Notes: a model not told the origin generated them from the sequence alone. Shown: positions 23,911-31,982, counted from the stretch's first letter. The stretch is 32,000 nt of DNA from Patescibacteria group bacterium (GCA_041674405.1 JBAYVT010000001.1:30001-62000); one strand, 5' to 3'. Translations and numbers: made by a program.

Positions 23911-26900
23911 CTAATATCTTGAAAATATCTTTATCCAAGAAAACGCCCGCTGAAAAGCTTCCAGTATGAGATTTAAGGCGGATTGCTGGGCTTTCTGGGT
24001 GATTACAGCATTGTCTTCCGATGTGCCAGGATTGCCGGCTTTGTCTTTGGATACGGCTCTTAAATGGTAGGTCTTGGTCGGATCAAGATTGGAGATAATG
24101 ACAACATGGGCATTGGAATAGGATCCGTCTTCCTGGGTTTTGGAAGAATAATTGGAAGATGATACTCCTTCGCCGTATTCAACCTGAGAGGTAGAGGTTT
24201 CATCTGTGCGCCAGGAAACAACCACTTGGGCTTTACCACCATCGGATGATGTGCCGGTTTTGGATTCAATGGTAAGTTCTGTTACTTTTGGCGGACGGGA
24301 ATCAAGAGCGGTTTTAAAAGTGTTGGTATCACTTGTGGCCTTGTTACCATATTGGTCTGTGCCTGAAGCAGTAAGAGTGTAGGAGGCGTTGTCAGAAAGA
24401 TTTGCAATGCTGATTTCATGATCTTTCTTCATGTCGGAAGTAGCTACTTCTCTCTGTTCTCCACCAGATGGACCATAAAGGACAGATGAGGTGGTCTCGA
24501 CATTGGTTGCCCAAGTTACCTTCATGCCAGCATAGGCCTGATCGTCAACGGGCTCAAAGCGAAGATTGGAGATGATGGGGATGGGGGGAGTGGAAAAATC
24601 CTTAAGGCCATAAAATCTTGTTCCGTCTTGAGCTGTCGCATCAACTCTTAATTGATAGCTGGTACCACCAGAAAGACCAGCTAGTTCTTTAGAAAATTCA
24701 GTGCTATAGGTATCACTGACAACAATTGATTGGCCAAGATCGCCAACACCAAATTCCAAATTAGTTTTTGCTGGATAAGTGGTAGTCCATGAAACGCTTG
24801 CAAGTGTTGGAGTCAAGACTTTGACTTCTAAATTTTTAATGCCTGGTGCCACCGCCGTGGTGGTCTCATGCCAGGCAGATTCTCCAGTGTTGGCAGAAGT
24901 ATCCATCCATGTGACTTTGTAACGATAAGTGCGTTCCGGTTCGAGGCCAACCACCCTTACATTGTGGTTGATGTCAAAACCACCGAAGGCTTGTTCGGTG
25001 AGATATTCATTGCCCTCATAGACGATAACTGATCCTTTGGTGTTTTTGTTAGTCGTCCAGCTCACCGTGATCGATGACGGACCGGCAGTAACGTTCGGCC
25101 CATCGATGATGTTTACTACTCCAGTAGAGCAGTAAACTCCGGTCTGATAAGCAGAGACATTACCTGCATTGTCTTTCGATCTAATGTATATTACATTATC
25201 TCCTTCTTGATAAGGATGAAGGGAAAGCGTGGTATCGGCAGTAGATTGGACTTGGCCTTGAGAACCATTTTTGTAGTCATAACCAGCAATACCGGCACCG
25301 CCGGAATCTCCGGGAGCATCCCAGGTGGCGGTGAAGTCTTGGGTGGTGGAACAGCCAACAGGAGATAGATTGATATACTCCGGAGCAGGTGGCGGACCGC
25401 CATCATAGGAATACGTGAATAACTTGGTGGCGGGAGTTTGAATATTCAGGTCGTTATCTTCGGATTTAATAAGCAGATAATATGTGACTCCGGATGTCAA
25501 AGCGCCTGCTGGCACTTGGATATGTTGTTCTGTATCTGCTGCACCGGAATGGGCTTGATAGTGATATGCGCCACTTGATTCCAAAACACCAGATGTAGAG
25601 ACGGGATCAGCTGAATCAGAGGTACCAAAGTAGATAAGGTAGCCGCGGATACCGGAACCCCCTTCTTCATCAGCCGCTCCGGCGAAGGTGATGTAGGGAC
25701 TAGCACTATTTCCCCAGCCGGAGTCGGTAAACTCGGTGGTCTTTCCGGAGTCACTGTAGAAATGGGCAGAGGAGGGATTGGTGGGGGCAGTAGTATCTGA
25801 TCCGGTATGAGTAATGGTGATATTATCCATCATCCCATCCCAGCGGTCGGTTATAGAGTTCACTCGGCTACCGATGTAAAAGTAATAACCACACGAAAGG
25901 TTCCCCCAAGGAGTATCATCAAGAAGAGACGCCACCTCTGTACTATTAACATTAAGTGATATTATTCCACTAGTCCCATCGTAAAGGACCTGAACATTAT
26001 TCCAGCTCCCGTCCGCCAAACTAAGAGCTTGGGATTCCAAAACCAGCTTACGGCTTGCAGTTGTAAGATACATTCTAAGCCTGTAATCAAAGATGTCGTA
26101 GACCAATCGCAGTTCGTCTGTGCTCCCCTGGGCGTCAAAAAGTATCTTTTCTTTTGTAAAAGTCGACAAAAAGCCCGATCCGTCAATTTTTGTTTGGACA
26201 ACTCGATTGTTTTGATAGTCAACAATATAGATATTTTCAGAAGTCACATCATAAGCAATTCCTCGGGGATAATTGAAATTACCGACTCCACTTCCGTTTG
26301 TACCGTAAGTTGTCCACCCGGTGCCATCCATCTTGGTTTTTACAATGCGATGATTGTTATAATCAGTCACAAAAATATTGCCACTTTCTGAATCGACCGT
26401 AATACCGCGAGGTCCATTGAAATTACCTGTCCCATTGCCAGCAGTACCGTAAGCTGTCCATCCTGTGCCGTCCATTTTAGTTTTGACAATGCGGTTGTTG
26501 CTATAGTCAGCGACATAAACATAATCATTGACTTGATCATAATCAATGTAGCAAGGATTGCTGAAGTTTCCTTCACCGCTGCCATTTGTGCCGTAAGCCG
26601 TCCACCCGGTGCCATCCATCTTGGTTTTTACAATACGGTTATTGCCATAATCAACGACGTAAACGTAATCACCAACTGAATCATAAGCAATACCATATGG
26701 ATGATTAAAATTGCCAATGCCACTGCCCACCGTTCCGTAAGCCGTCCACCCGGTGCCATCCATCTTGGTTTTCACGATACGGTTGTTGCTATAGTCAGCG
26801 ACATAAACATAATCACTTGCCGGATCATAGGCGATACCATATGGACCATTAAAATTACCTACTCCACTTCCAGTTGTGCCATATGCAGTCCACCCCGTAC

Positions 26901-28215
26901 CATCCATTTTGGTTTTCACAATGCGGTTGTTGCTATAGTCAGTGACATAGATGTAACCACTGGATCGGTCATGAGCAATGCCTAGTGGTTGATTAAATCC
27001 AGCCGTACCCCTGCCATTTGTACCATATGCAGTCCACCCCGTACCATCCATTTTGGTTTTCACAATATTACGATTTCCAGAATCAACCACATAAATATTA
27101 CCGCTCCCGGGGTCAAAAACAATACCAGCTGGTTCGGAAAATTTCCCTACTCCACTTCCGTTCGTGCCATATGCAGTCCATTCTGTTCCATCCATCTTGG
27201 TTTTGACAATACGCTTATTGCCAGTATCAGCAACGTAGGCATAATCACCAGTGGCGTCATAAGAAATACCCGATGGGTTTGAGAAATTGCCTACTCCACT
27301 TCCAGTTGTGCCATATGCAGTCCATTCTGTTCCATCCATCTTGGTTTTGACAATACGCTTATTGCCATAATCAGCGACATAGGCGTAATCACCAACCGGA
27401 TCATAGGTAATACCGTATGGGCTACTGAAATTTCCTACTCCACTTCCGTTCGTGCCATAAGTTGTCCATCCCGTACCATCCATCTTGGTTTTGACAATGC
27501 GGTGATTGCCAGTATCAGCAACATAGAGATAGCTATTTGTCGAATCATAAACAATGCTATATGAAAGTCCAAAATTTCCTACTCCACTTCCGTTCGTGCC
27601 GTAAGTTGTCCACCCGGTGCCATCCATCTTGGTTTTGACGATGCGTTTATTGCTGGTATCCATCACATATATATACCCACTAGATGAGTCGTATGCAATT
27701 CCACGTGGATTATTAAAATTTCCTATTCCACTTCCGTTCGTGCCATAAGTTGTCCATCCCGTACCATCCATCTTGGTTTTGACAATGCGGTTGTTACCAT
27801 AGTCTGCAACATAGACGTAACCATTGGCAGCATCATAGGCAATATTATATGGCAAATAAAGCTGTCCACTGGTGTCAATTGAATTTTTTCCATAATCATC
27901 TTTTTGAAAGTCCAAGGAAATAGAGCCTTTGGACGCAGATAGATTATCATTGGTAGCATATTTTAGAGTCTCGGCGCCATCGTAAGTATATTTAAGAGAA
28001 CTTCCCGATCCACCCTCAGCATTCGTAGTTGAGAGGGTGGGAAAGGTACTATCCGTAGAAGCAGTCCCTAACCCAACAGAGTAATCTGCATTATAGCTTC
28101 CATTATCATATGAGGTTCTGAAAGAATCTCCTGCTTTGGTTCCTTTTGTAAATATTGGGAAAATATTGTAGGCTACCAAAAATATGATCGTGAGAGAAAC
28201 GACCAAAATTCCCAA
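23911..28215 (-). CDS. giant secreted or surface-anchored NHL-repeat, LamG-like and Fn3 multi-domain protein (1434 aa)
   Basis: N-terminal hydrophobic anchor. 12 x 48-aa NHL-type blades (YVADxxNxRIVKTKMDGTGWTxYGTxGSGxGNFxxPxGIxYD). ConA/LamG-like segment (DGSWNNVQVLYDG..FYIGS..WDGMMDNITI). Two DTTAP/GSGIxGY Ig-like modules. Four Fn3-like modules (VSWTT..YG..Y.Y). Start uncertain: TTG at 28215, or in-frame ATT/ATA up to 28245. Confidence 0.85.
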   Translation of the reverse strand: MGILVVSLTIIFLVAYNIFPIFTKGTKAGDSFRTSYDNGSYNADYSVGLGTASTDSTFPTLSTTNAEGGSGSSLKYTYDGAETLKYATNDNLSASKGSISLDFQKDDYGKNSIDTSGQLYLPYNIAYDAANGYVYVADYGNNRIVKTKMDGTGWTTYGTNGSGIGNFNNPRGIAYDSSSGYIYVMDTSNKRIVKTKMDGTGWTTYGTNGSGVGNFGLSYSIVYDSTNSYLYVADTGNHRIVKTKMDGTGWTTYGTNGSGVGNFSSPYGITYDPVGDYAYVADYGNKRIVKTKMDGTEWTAYGTTGSGVGNFSNPSGISYDATGDYAYVADTGNKRIVKTKMDGTEWTAYGTNGSGVGKFSEPAGIVFDPGSGNIYVVDSGNRNIVKTKMDGTGWTAYGTNGRGTAGFNQPLGIAHDRSSGYIYVTDYSNNRIVKTKMDGTGWTAYGTTGSGVGNFNGPYGIAYDPASDYVYVADYSNNRIVKTKMDGTGWTAYGTVGSGIGNFNHPYGIAYDSVGDYVYVVDYGNNRIVKTKMDGTGWTAYGTNGSGEGNFSNPCYIDYDQVNDYVYVADYSNNRIVKTKMDGTGWTAYGTAGNGTGNFNGPRGITVDSESGNIFVTDYNNHRIVKTKMDGTGWTTYGTNGSGVGNFNYPRGIAYDVTSENIYIVDYQNNRVVQTKIDGSGFLSTFTKEKILFDAQGSTDELRLVYDIFDYRLRMYLTTASRKLVLESQALSLADGSWNNVQVLYDGTSGIISLNVNSTEVASLLDDTPWGNLSCGYYFYIGSRVNSITDRWDGMMDNITITHTGSDTTAPTNPSSAHFYSDSGKTTEFTDSGWGNSASPYITFAGAADEEGGSGIRGYLIYFGTSDSADPVSTSGVLESSGAYHYQAHSGAADTEQHIQVPAGALTSGVTYYLLIKSEDNDLNIQTPATKLFTYSYDGGPPPAPEYINLSPVGCSTTQDFTATWDAPGDSGGAGIAGYDYKNGSQGQVQSTADTTLSLHPYQEGDNVIYIRSKDNAGNVSAYQTGVYCSTGVVNIIDGPNVTAGPSSITVSWTTNKNTKGSVIVYEGNEYLTEQAFGGFDINHNVRVVGLEPERTYRYKVTWMDTSANTGESAWHETTTAVAPGIKNLEVKVLTPTLASVSWTTTYPAKTNLEFGVGDLGQSIVVSDTYSTEFSKELAGLSGGTSYQLRVDATAQDGTRFYGLKDFSTPPIPIISNLRFEPVDDQAYAGMKVTWATNVETTSSVLYGPSGGEQREVATSDMKKDHEISIANLSDNASYTLTASGTDQYGNKATSDTNTFKTALDSRPPKVTELTIESKTGTSSDGGKAQVVVSWRTDETSTSQVEYGEGVSSSNYSSKTQEDGSYSNAHVVIISNLDPTKTYHLRAVSKDKAGNPGTSEDNAVITQKAQQSALNLILEAFQRAFSWIKIFSRY
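26158..27867 (-). repeat. 144-bp tandem coding repeat, about 12 copies (the NHL blades)
   Basis: Period verified. 27441-27503 and 27729-27791 are 63 nt identical at an offset of 288 nt (2 x 144). The motif ccatccatcttggtttt recurs throughout. Confidence 0.85.
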
Positions 28216-28277
28216 AATGCTCTTTTTGTGAATAATTTTTTTTATTTATTCCCCTCACATTTTTTAGTGACAAATAC

Positions 28278-28307
28278 ATTTTAACAAAATGTGGCATATC
28301 TCATCAA
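28278..28307 (-). promoter_or_regulatory. sigma70-like promoter candidate for the giant gene
   Basis: Minus strand TTGATG-N18-TAAAAT, downstream of the rplO terminator and about 20 nt upstream of the GAGGGG Shine-Dalgarno. Confidence 0.35.
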
Positions 28308-28391
28308 TATTTGAAAGGAAAATGTAACTCATTGCCGTGTACACATGTAAAAATATGCTTACAGAGCGTCTAATTCTTTATTTTTGAATTT

Positions 28392-28418
28392 TGTAAAACA
28401 AAAACCGGCTTTTGCCGG
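28392..28418 (-). terminator. intrinsic terminator immediately after rplO
   Basis: Minus strand CCGGC-AAAA-GCCGG-TTTTTGTTTT, starting 27 nt after the rplO stop. Confidence 0.55.
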
Positions 28419-28444
28419 AATTTGTTTAGACAAATCGATTGAAA

Positions 28445-28927
28445 TTATTTAGAGCTTTTCTTCGCAGCAGATTTTTTGTCGGATTTAGCGGCTTCCTTTT
28501 TTTCAACCTTTGTTTCAGGCTTTACAAATAAAGAGGCTATGCTTTTGGAAGCTTTGATATCTAGAAGGGAAACCTTGACTGTAAGTTTGCCGTTGTTAAG
28601 TATCTTTGCTTTGCTGCCAGTTTCAATCAGCTTTTTCTCAACAAGTGATTTTAAGCTGACAACCTCGCCATCTTTGTAATTCTTGGAAATGTCGTCGAGG
28701 GAAATAACTCTGGCTTTATCATTAACTGATTTAAAGCCTCGAAGTTTCGGCAGGCGCATTGAAAGCGGTGTTTGGCCACCTTCAAAACGTTTGGGAATAT
28801 TAAAACCAGAACGTGATTTTTGGCCCTTGGTTCCGCGCCCTGCTGTTTTACCTTGTCCCGCAGAAATTCCGCGCCCAATTCGCTTAATGCTTTTTTTGCT
28901 ATATGATTTTAGTGATATTTTTTCCAT
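28445..28927 (-). CDS. rplO: 50S ribosomal protein L15 with a Lys-rich tail
   Basis: RIGRGISAGQGKTAGRGTKGQKSRSG..FEGGQTPL. Confidence 0.9.
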   Translation of the reverse strand: MEKISLKSYSKKSIKRIGRGISAGQGKTAGRGTKGQKSRSGFNIPKRFEGGQTPLSMRLPKLRGFKSVNDKARVISLDDISKNYKDGEVVSLKSLVEKKLIETGSKAKILNNGKLTVKVSLLDIKASKSIASLFVKPETKVEKKEAAKSDKKSAAKKSSK

Positions 28928-28935
28928 GAGTTTGC

Positions 28936-29604
28936 CTATTTTTTAGCTTTAATTTTCGCTTTCGTGTCCTTCTTTGCCGGTTTGCTATTTGGTTTTATTG
29001 GCTCTGCTTTTTTTTCTCCAGTCTTTTCTTCAGCTAATTCAACTTTTACCTCTTTAACCTCAACGCGTTCGCTCTTTTTATCAAAATCTGAGATCTTGTC
29101 AACAACACGTGCACTAAAAGATTGTAAAGCTTTTATCGTGGCAGTAACGTTATTAACTTTGTTTTGGCTCCCCATTGATTTTGCCAAGATATCTGAAATG
29201 CCGGCAAGCTCAACCACGGCACGTACCGAACCACCAGCAACGATGGAAGTACCACTAGAAGCCGGCTTTAGAAGAACGATGGCTGCACCATATTTAGATC
29301 TGACTTCATGCGGAATTGTGCCTTTTATGATAGGAACATTGACTAGGCGTTTCTTTGCTTTGGTAGAAGCCTTTCGAACAGCGTCTGCAACTTCATTTGC
29401 CTTGGCAACACCCATTCCGACGCGGCCTTTTCTGTCACCCAAAACGATCAAAGCTCTAAAACGGATTCTTCGTCCGCCTTTTACAACTCTGGAGATTCTA
29501 GAAACCTCAATCACGCGCTCCTCAAATTCCTTTTCTTCTCGAGGTTTTCTGTCCCTGTGAGCAGATCTTGGCCTCATAATATTTTTTTCAAGTTCTTTGG
29601 GCAT
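28936..29604 (-). CDS. rpsE: 30S ribosomal protein S5 with a C-terminal Lys/Glu-rich extension of about 55 aa
   Basis: VSRISRVVKGGRRIRFRALIVLGDRKGRVGMGVAKANEV..AGGSVRAVVELAGI. Confidence 0.9.
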   Translation of the reverse strand: MPKELEKNIMRPRSAHRDRKPREEKEFEERVIEVSRISRVVKGGRRIRFRALIVLGDRKGRVGMGVAKANEVADAVRKASTKAKKRLVNVPIIKGTIPHEVRSKYGAAIVLLKPASSGTSIVAGGSVRAVVELAGISDILAKSMGSQNKVNNVTATIKALQSFSARVVDKISDFDKKSERVEVKEVKVELAEEKTGEKKAEPIKPNSKPAKKDTKAKIKAKK

Positions 29605-29612
29605 GTTTCCTC

Positions 29613-29933
29613 TTAGATGTTTAAGCCTGATTTTTTTGCTGCTTCTACTAATTCTTTTACCGCACCATGATAGCGATATTCCGATCGGTCCAAAACAACA
29701 CTTTTGACTTTCTTTTCTGCAGCTTTTTTGGCGATCTCTTCGCCGACTTTTCTAGCCATATCGGTAAGCTTGCCATCTCCTGCCTTAAGCGTTGATACAG
29801 CGACCAAGACATTTCCTGTTTCCGAATCGACTATTTGGGCGTACATATTCTTATTTGAGCGTACTACAATAAGCCTTGGCAAATTTTGATTGGCACTGTT
29901 AATTTTCTTGATTTTATTTCGAACGTTTGCCAT
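29613..29933 (-). CDS. rplR: 50S ribosomal protein L18
   Basis: PRLIVVRSNKNMYAQIVD.., DRSEYRYHGAVKELVEAAKKSGLNI. Confidence 0.9.
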   Translation of the reverse strand: MANVRNKIKKINSANQNLPRLIVVRSNKNMYAQIVDSETGNVLVAVSTLKAGDGKLTDMARKVGEEIAKKAAEKKVKSVVLDRSEYRYHGAVKELVEAAKKSGLNI

Positions 29934-30485
29934 TTATGCTGCCTTTCCTGCAGACTGAGCAGTTTTACCGGCTTTTCTGCGAATGACTTCTTCACTATAT
30001 TTAATGCCTTTGCCCTTATACACCTCTGGTGGCCTGACTTTTCGGACTTTGGCTGCAAATTCACCAACTTTTTGCCTGTCAATTCCTTCGATAACAATGG
30101 AATTTTTAACCACATTGACCGCAATTTCCTCTGGGATGTCGAGCTTTATCTCGTGTGAATAACCCATGTTGAGAATCAATTCTGTTCCTTCAACCCGAAC
30201 ACGATAACCGGTACCTTTGAATTCGAGTGTCTTTTTGGCACCCTTAGACAAATCAGCAATAATTCCAGAAATAAGGCGGGTTATAAGCCCATGCTGTGAT
30301 TTTTCAAATTTTGAATTTCCATTTCGGCTTGTCGTGATAATACCATTTTCTATCTTTACTTTAATTTCATCCGGCAAATCTAAAATTCTTTCACCTTTTG
30401 TTGATTTTGCAATAAACTTGTTATTTTCAACAGATATTGTGATATTGTCATCAGTTTTAATTGGTCGTTTTCCTAGTCTTGACAT
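29934..30485 (-). CDS. rplF: 50S ribosomal protein L6
   Basis: MSRLGKRPI.., GTGYRV, GYSHEI, KVRKVRPPEVYKGKGIKY. The ATG at 30485 avoids overlap with rpsH. Confidence 0.9.
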   Translation of the reverse strand: MSRLGKRPIKTDDNITISVENNKFIAKSTKGERILDLPDEIKVKIENGIITTSRNGNSKFEKSQHGLITRLISGIIADLSKGAKKTLEFKGTGYRVRVEGTELILNMGYSHEIKLDIPEEIAVNVVKNSIVIEGIDRQKVGEFAAKVRKVRPPEVYKGKGIKYSEEVIRRKAGKTAQSAGKAA

Positions 30486-30490
30486 ATTTC

Positions 30491-30868
30491 CTACCAAATT
30501 TCACAAATTAATTCACCACCGATATTCGTTTTCTTGGCTTCGCGTCCAGAAATCACACCGACTGGCGTTGACATTACGATGAGTCCCAGGCCACGCAAAG
30601 GTTTAGGAATATCGTTGGCTTTGACATAAATGCGCTGTCCCGGCTTACTCAATCTCTTTAAATGCATCATTTTACCAGCGCCAAACGTAACAAGAAGCAT
30701 CTTTTGGTTCTTAACAATTTTTTCAGAAACCGCAGAAATAAACCCTTCCTTTAGGATCACGTCCAAAACCGCTTTCTTGTGTTTCGAGTAAGGCAAAACT
30801 GCTTCGGTTTTTCCGGCGCTTAATGCGTTTTTCAATCTGATTAATAAATCTGCAATTGGATCTGACAT
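30491..30868 (-). CDS. rpsH: 30S ribosomal protein S8
   Basis: MSDPIADLLIRLKNA.., GLGLIVMSTPVGVISGREAKKTNIGGELICEIW. Confidence 0.95.
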   Translation of the reverse strand: MSDPIADLLIRLKNALSAGKTEAVLPYSKHKKAVLDVILKEGFISAVSEKIVKNQKMLLVTFGAGKMMHLKRLSKPGQRIYVKANDIPKPLRGLGLIVMSTPVGVISGREAKKTNIGGELICEIW

Positions 30869-30922
30869 ATTGTCTCTTAAAGTTTAATTGATATATTTTC
30901 TGTGTTTAAAATTCTGTACAAT

Positions 30923-31108
30923 TTACCAGCTGGACTTGGTTACGCCAGGTATTTCTCCACGGCTAGCTCGCTCTCTAAAGCAGATGCGGCACATATCATA
31001 CTTTCTTATGTAAGCACGCGGCCGTCCGCAAAGCTTACATCTTCGTATTTTACGTGTGGAAAATTTTGGCTTTCTATTCGCCTTTACAATCATCGATTCT
31101 TTAGCCAT
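30923..31108 (-). CDS. rpsN: 30S ribosomal protein S14, type Z (Zn-binding, 61 aa)
   Basis: [30 protein letters not shown]. Confidence 0.95.
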   Translation of the reverse strand: MAKESMIVKANRKPKFSTRKIRRCKLCGRPRAYIRKYDMCRICFRERASRGEIPGVTKSSW

Positions 31109-31662
31109 TATTTGCTCCCTTCTTGTTTTTCAAACGGGAATCCTAGCGCAGAAAGCAATGCCTCACATTCGGCATTATTCTTGGCAGTTGTATTAACATT
31201 TATCTGAAAACCGAAATTCTCGGTTACATTTTCAAATTTAATTTCGGGCATGATTGTATGCTCAGAAATTCCAAGCGAATAATTGCCCCTGCCATCGAAT
31301 CCATTTCGGGACAATCCCTTGAAATCTCTAACGCGTGGAAGAGCGACATTGGCTAGGCGGAAAATAAAATCATACATTTTCTCGCCGCGTAGTGTTACTG
31401 TAAGGCCGACTGGCTGGCCAATTCGCAGCTTAAATGCAGAAACTGCTTTTCTGGATTTGTTGATTTTAGGTTTCTGGCCAGTAATTATTGCCAGGTCATT
31501 CTGAATTTTTTCAATTGCTTTTTCTTCTTCTTTGAATTTGCCAACACCCGAGGATACAACTACTTTTGTAACTTTCGGTGTTCTTTCGATATTGGTAAAA
31601 GAGAGAGTTTTTTTGAGCTCTGGCCTGATCGTGTCATAAAATTTTTCTTTCAAAGCGGTCAT
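31108..31662 (-). CDS. rplE: 50S ribosomal protein L5
   Basis: [18 protein letters not shown].., [22 protein letters not shown]. Confidence 0.95.
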   Translation of the reverse strand: MTALKEKFYDTIRPELKKTLSFTNIERTPKVTKVVVSSGVGKFKEEEKAIEKIQNDLAIITGQKPKINKSRKAVSAFKLRIGQPVGLTVTLRGEKMYDFIFRLANVALPRVRDFKGLSRNGFDGRGNYSLGISEHTIMPEIKFENVTENFGFQINVNTTAKNNAECEALLSALGFPFEKQEGSK

Positions 31663-31982
31663 TACTTGGCTCCTCCCTCAATTGACTGATTGCATTTTTT
31701 GCAAATTCGAATTTTAGCATCATTCTTTATGCTGTATCCGACTCTTCCTGATTTGCCGCAATTCGGGCAAATGACAGCAACATTGGATGCGTCAAGCTTT
31801 TTGTTGATGTCGATTATTCCACCCTGCGGGTTCTTGCGGCTCGGCTTAACATGTTTTTTCATGATATGAACGCCTTTTACAGTAAGTTTATTTTCGGTGG
31901 CAAAAACACTATCAACTATGCCGCTTTTTCCGCGGTCTTTGCCAACTTTTACCAATACATTGTCATTTTTCTTAATTTTCAT
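31662..31982 (-). CDS. rplX: 50S ribosomal protein L24 (C-terminal CxxC..CxxC form)
   Basis: KIKKNDNVLVKVGKDRGKSG KOW motif. HVKPSRKNPQGGI. CPNCGKSGRVGY..ICKKC. Confidence 0.9.
   Translation of the reverse strand: MKIKKNDNVLVKVGKDRGKSGIVDSVFATENKLTVKGVHIMKKHVKPSRKNPQGGIIDINKKLDASNVAVICPNCGKSGRVGYSIKNDAKIRICKKCNQSIEGGAK

Noticed and set aside
26029-27282. Plus-strand ORFs 26029-26391, 26701-26985, 26989-27282 and 27018-27206, with a recurring PPGAIHLGFHN-type sequence.
   Set aside because: They are antisense shadows of the 144-bp NHL repeat. Their periodicity mirrors the minus-strand gene, and they lack starts with an SD. The minus-strand ORF is continuous for 1434 codons.
26158-27867. CRISPR array or other non-coding tandem repeat.
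   Set aside because: The units are contiguous with no spacers and have a 144-nt (48-codon) period. They lie in frame within a long ORF and translate into NHL blades.
23911-28215. A diversity-generating retroelement (DGR) target.
   Set aside because: The window contains no reverse transcriptase and no template repeat. Variation is between tandem blades, not an adenine-specific VR/TR pattern that I can see.
8743-31982. All Zn-capable ribosomal proteins are the Cys-containing forms (L32, L36, S14-Z, S4, L24), as is the Adk lid. This could hint at a Zn-responsive paralog system.
   Set aside because: No Cys-less paralogs and no Zur-box-like operator are visible in the window. The C+ forms alone are ordinary.
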